Source of the DNA: Phoronis australis
Taxonomy: Eukaryota; Animalia; Phoronida
Length of the DNA stretch: 64,000 nucleotides
NCBI GenBank assembly: GCA_002633005.1
Contig: NMRA01000505.1
Span: 27,197 to 91,196 of the forward strand
Direction of reading: 5' to 3'
The notes under the pieces were generated by a model that saw nothing but the letters and a program-made list of their open reading frames with translations, did no database searches and was not told the origin of the DNA. The position numbers were made by a program, and so were the translations under genes. This document shows positions 62,861 to 64,000 of the stretch, piece by piece (the stretch's first letter is position 1; each line of letters begins with the position of its first letter).

Positions 62861-64000
62861 AGGATTGCTTGGAAGGAAGCATGATGCCACCGAAGTGCCA
62901 GGAGTTAGCATTTTGTGAGTAATGTCCAGCAGATCAGATTTAATTTGAATACAATAGTTACTTATAGTCAAATGTAATATTTTACCATGCGTTACCATTC
63001 TGGTCTCAGCTATTCAGTTACACATAGAGGGTAATAAAACAAGTACCTTCTCATTCAGGTCCACAAGCCTTTTGTTAAGCTGTGTTTAGTTGCACAGTCT
63101 AACTGGTATAGTTGTATGACAGAGTAGGGCTCACAAAAGGCCATTTCATACTGACTTAACTCCGGTTTGAGCAGGGCGTCGACATAAACTGTGAAGTTTA
63201 CTAAACCGTTCATACTGGCTTCGGTAGTTAATGGACATCGAAGTAAACGGTAGGTGGCTCTGTTGACATCGAAGTAATACCAAGGTAGTGCTGCATGCTG
63301 AGATTTTTAAAATATGACAATTTGGGAACATTTATACGTGATAATTGACATAAAACTTTAATTTGGTGATTATTCGAGCAAAATGTAATAACTATTAATG
63401 ACTACACTACCCTTTAATTCTTGACGACAACAGTGGCACCTGCGACAACTTCAATGGAACTGAAGTTGATTGTTCATACTGCACTGCAGCATCGACGCTC
63501 CCCTATTAAATCCACCTGTTTAGTTTGAAGTTAACTGGCGCTGTTAACTTTGATCCAGGACCAAAGTTAACCGTTCATACTCCCCAAAACATGGACGTGT
63601 CGCCGTTAGTATGAAAGGCCCTAAAGAACTGCTTTCGCTGACCTCGCATTCAGTTTCAAACGGCTTATTGTATGTGGATAACACCCATGATTTACTACCG
63701 TGGTTAAAATTCTAAGTCACTATTTGGTGTAGTTACCCCCTTCCAAGCCCAAACTGCATCATCGTGTTAATTCAACCCAATATTTGGTAGTATATCAGGT
63801 GAAAGTCAACTATAGACTTGTGACAATACTGTGGTAATAATTACTTGCTCCTGTTTGAACTGATGAAGTAACAATATAACAGGGAAGCGATGGGCAAATT
63901 GCACATAGTTGATGTTATAATCAGGACTCATTCTTCTTTTCTATGGCACTATTTGGATACCAAAATAATCGCTCCCCTCTCCATCTCCCTCCCCCTCTCC

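Overview
Eukaryotic (metazoan, probably marine invertebrate; about 38% GC) genomic DNA with spliceosomal genes and very dense, nested transposon content. There are two + strand host genes. (1) An RBMX/hnRNP-G-like RRM gene with coding exons from 1511 to 20618. The exon that should complete the RRM is not visible and probably lies in the contig join at 9749. Its largest exon encodes an (E/D)RRDFPP heptad array. (2) The 5' part of an SLC16/monocarboxylate-transporter gene (exons 45476-45533, 54523-54666, 55887-56030), which runs off the window. The rest is mobile DNA: Helentron-type HINE elements, Kolobok elements with THAP and KolX-like remnants, an ISL2EU-like THAP element, hAT MITEs with 5-6 bp TSDs, TA-flanked CCGTA MITEs, Penelope remnants and many minisatellites. 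Best leads: (a) HINEs carry roughly 40 co-oriented CTCF-like motifs at about 150-bp spacing and insert into their own copies; (b) a 58-bp tandem array gives one transporter exon six identical 5' splice donors, only the first of which is productive; (c) a spliced antisense TTF zinc-finger ORF from a decayed hAT lies inside the RBMX intron; (d) a 2.96-kb perfect satellite is built from a MITE terminus; (e) an inverted repeat of about 700 bp brackets the start-codon exon. All family assignments come from motif recognition by eye. No database search was run.
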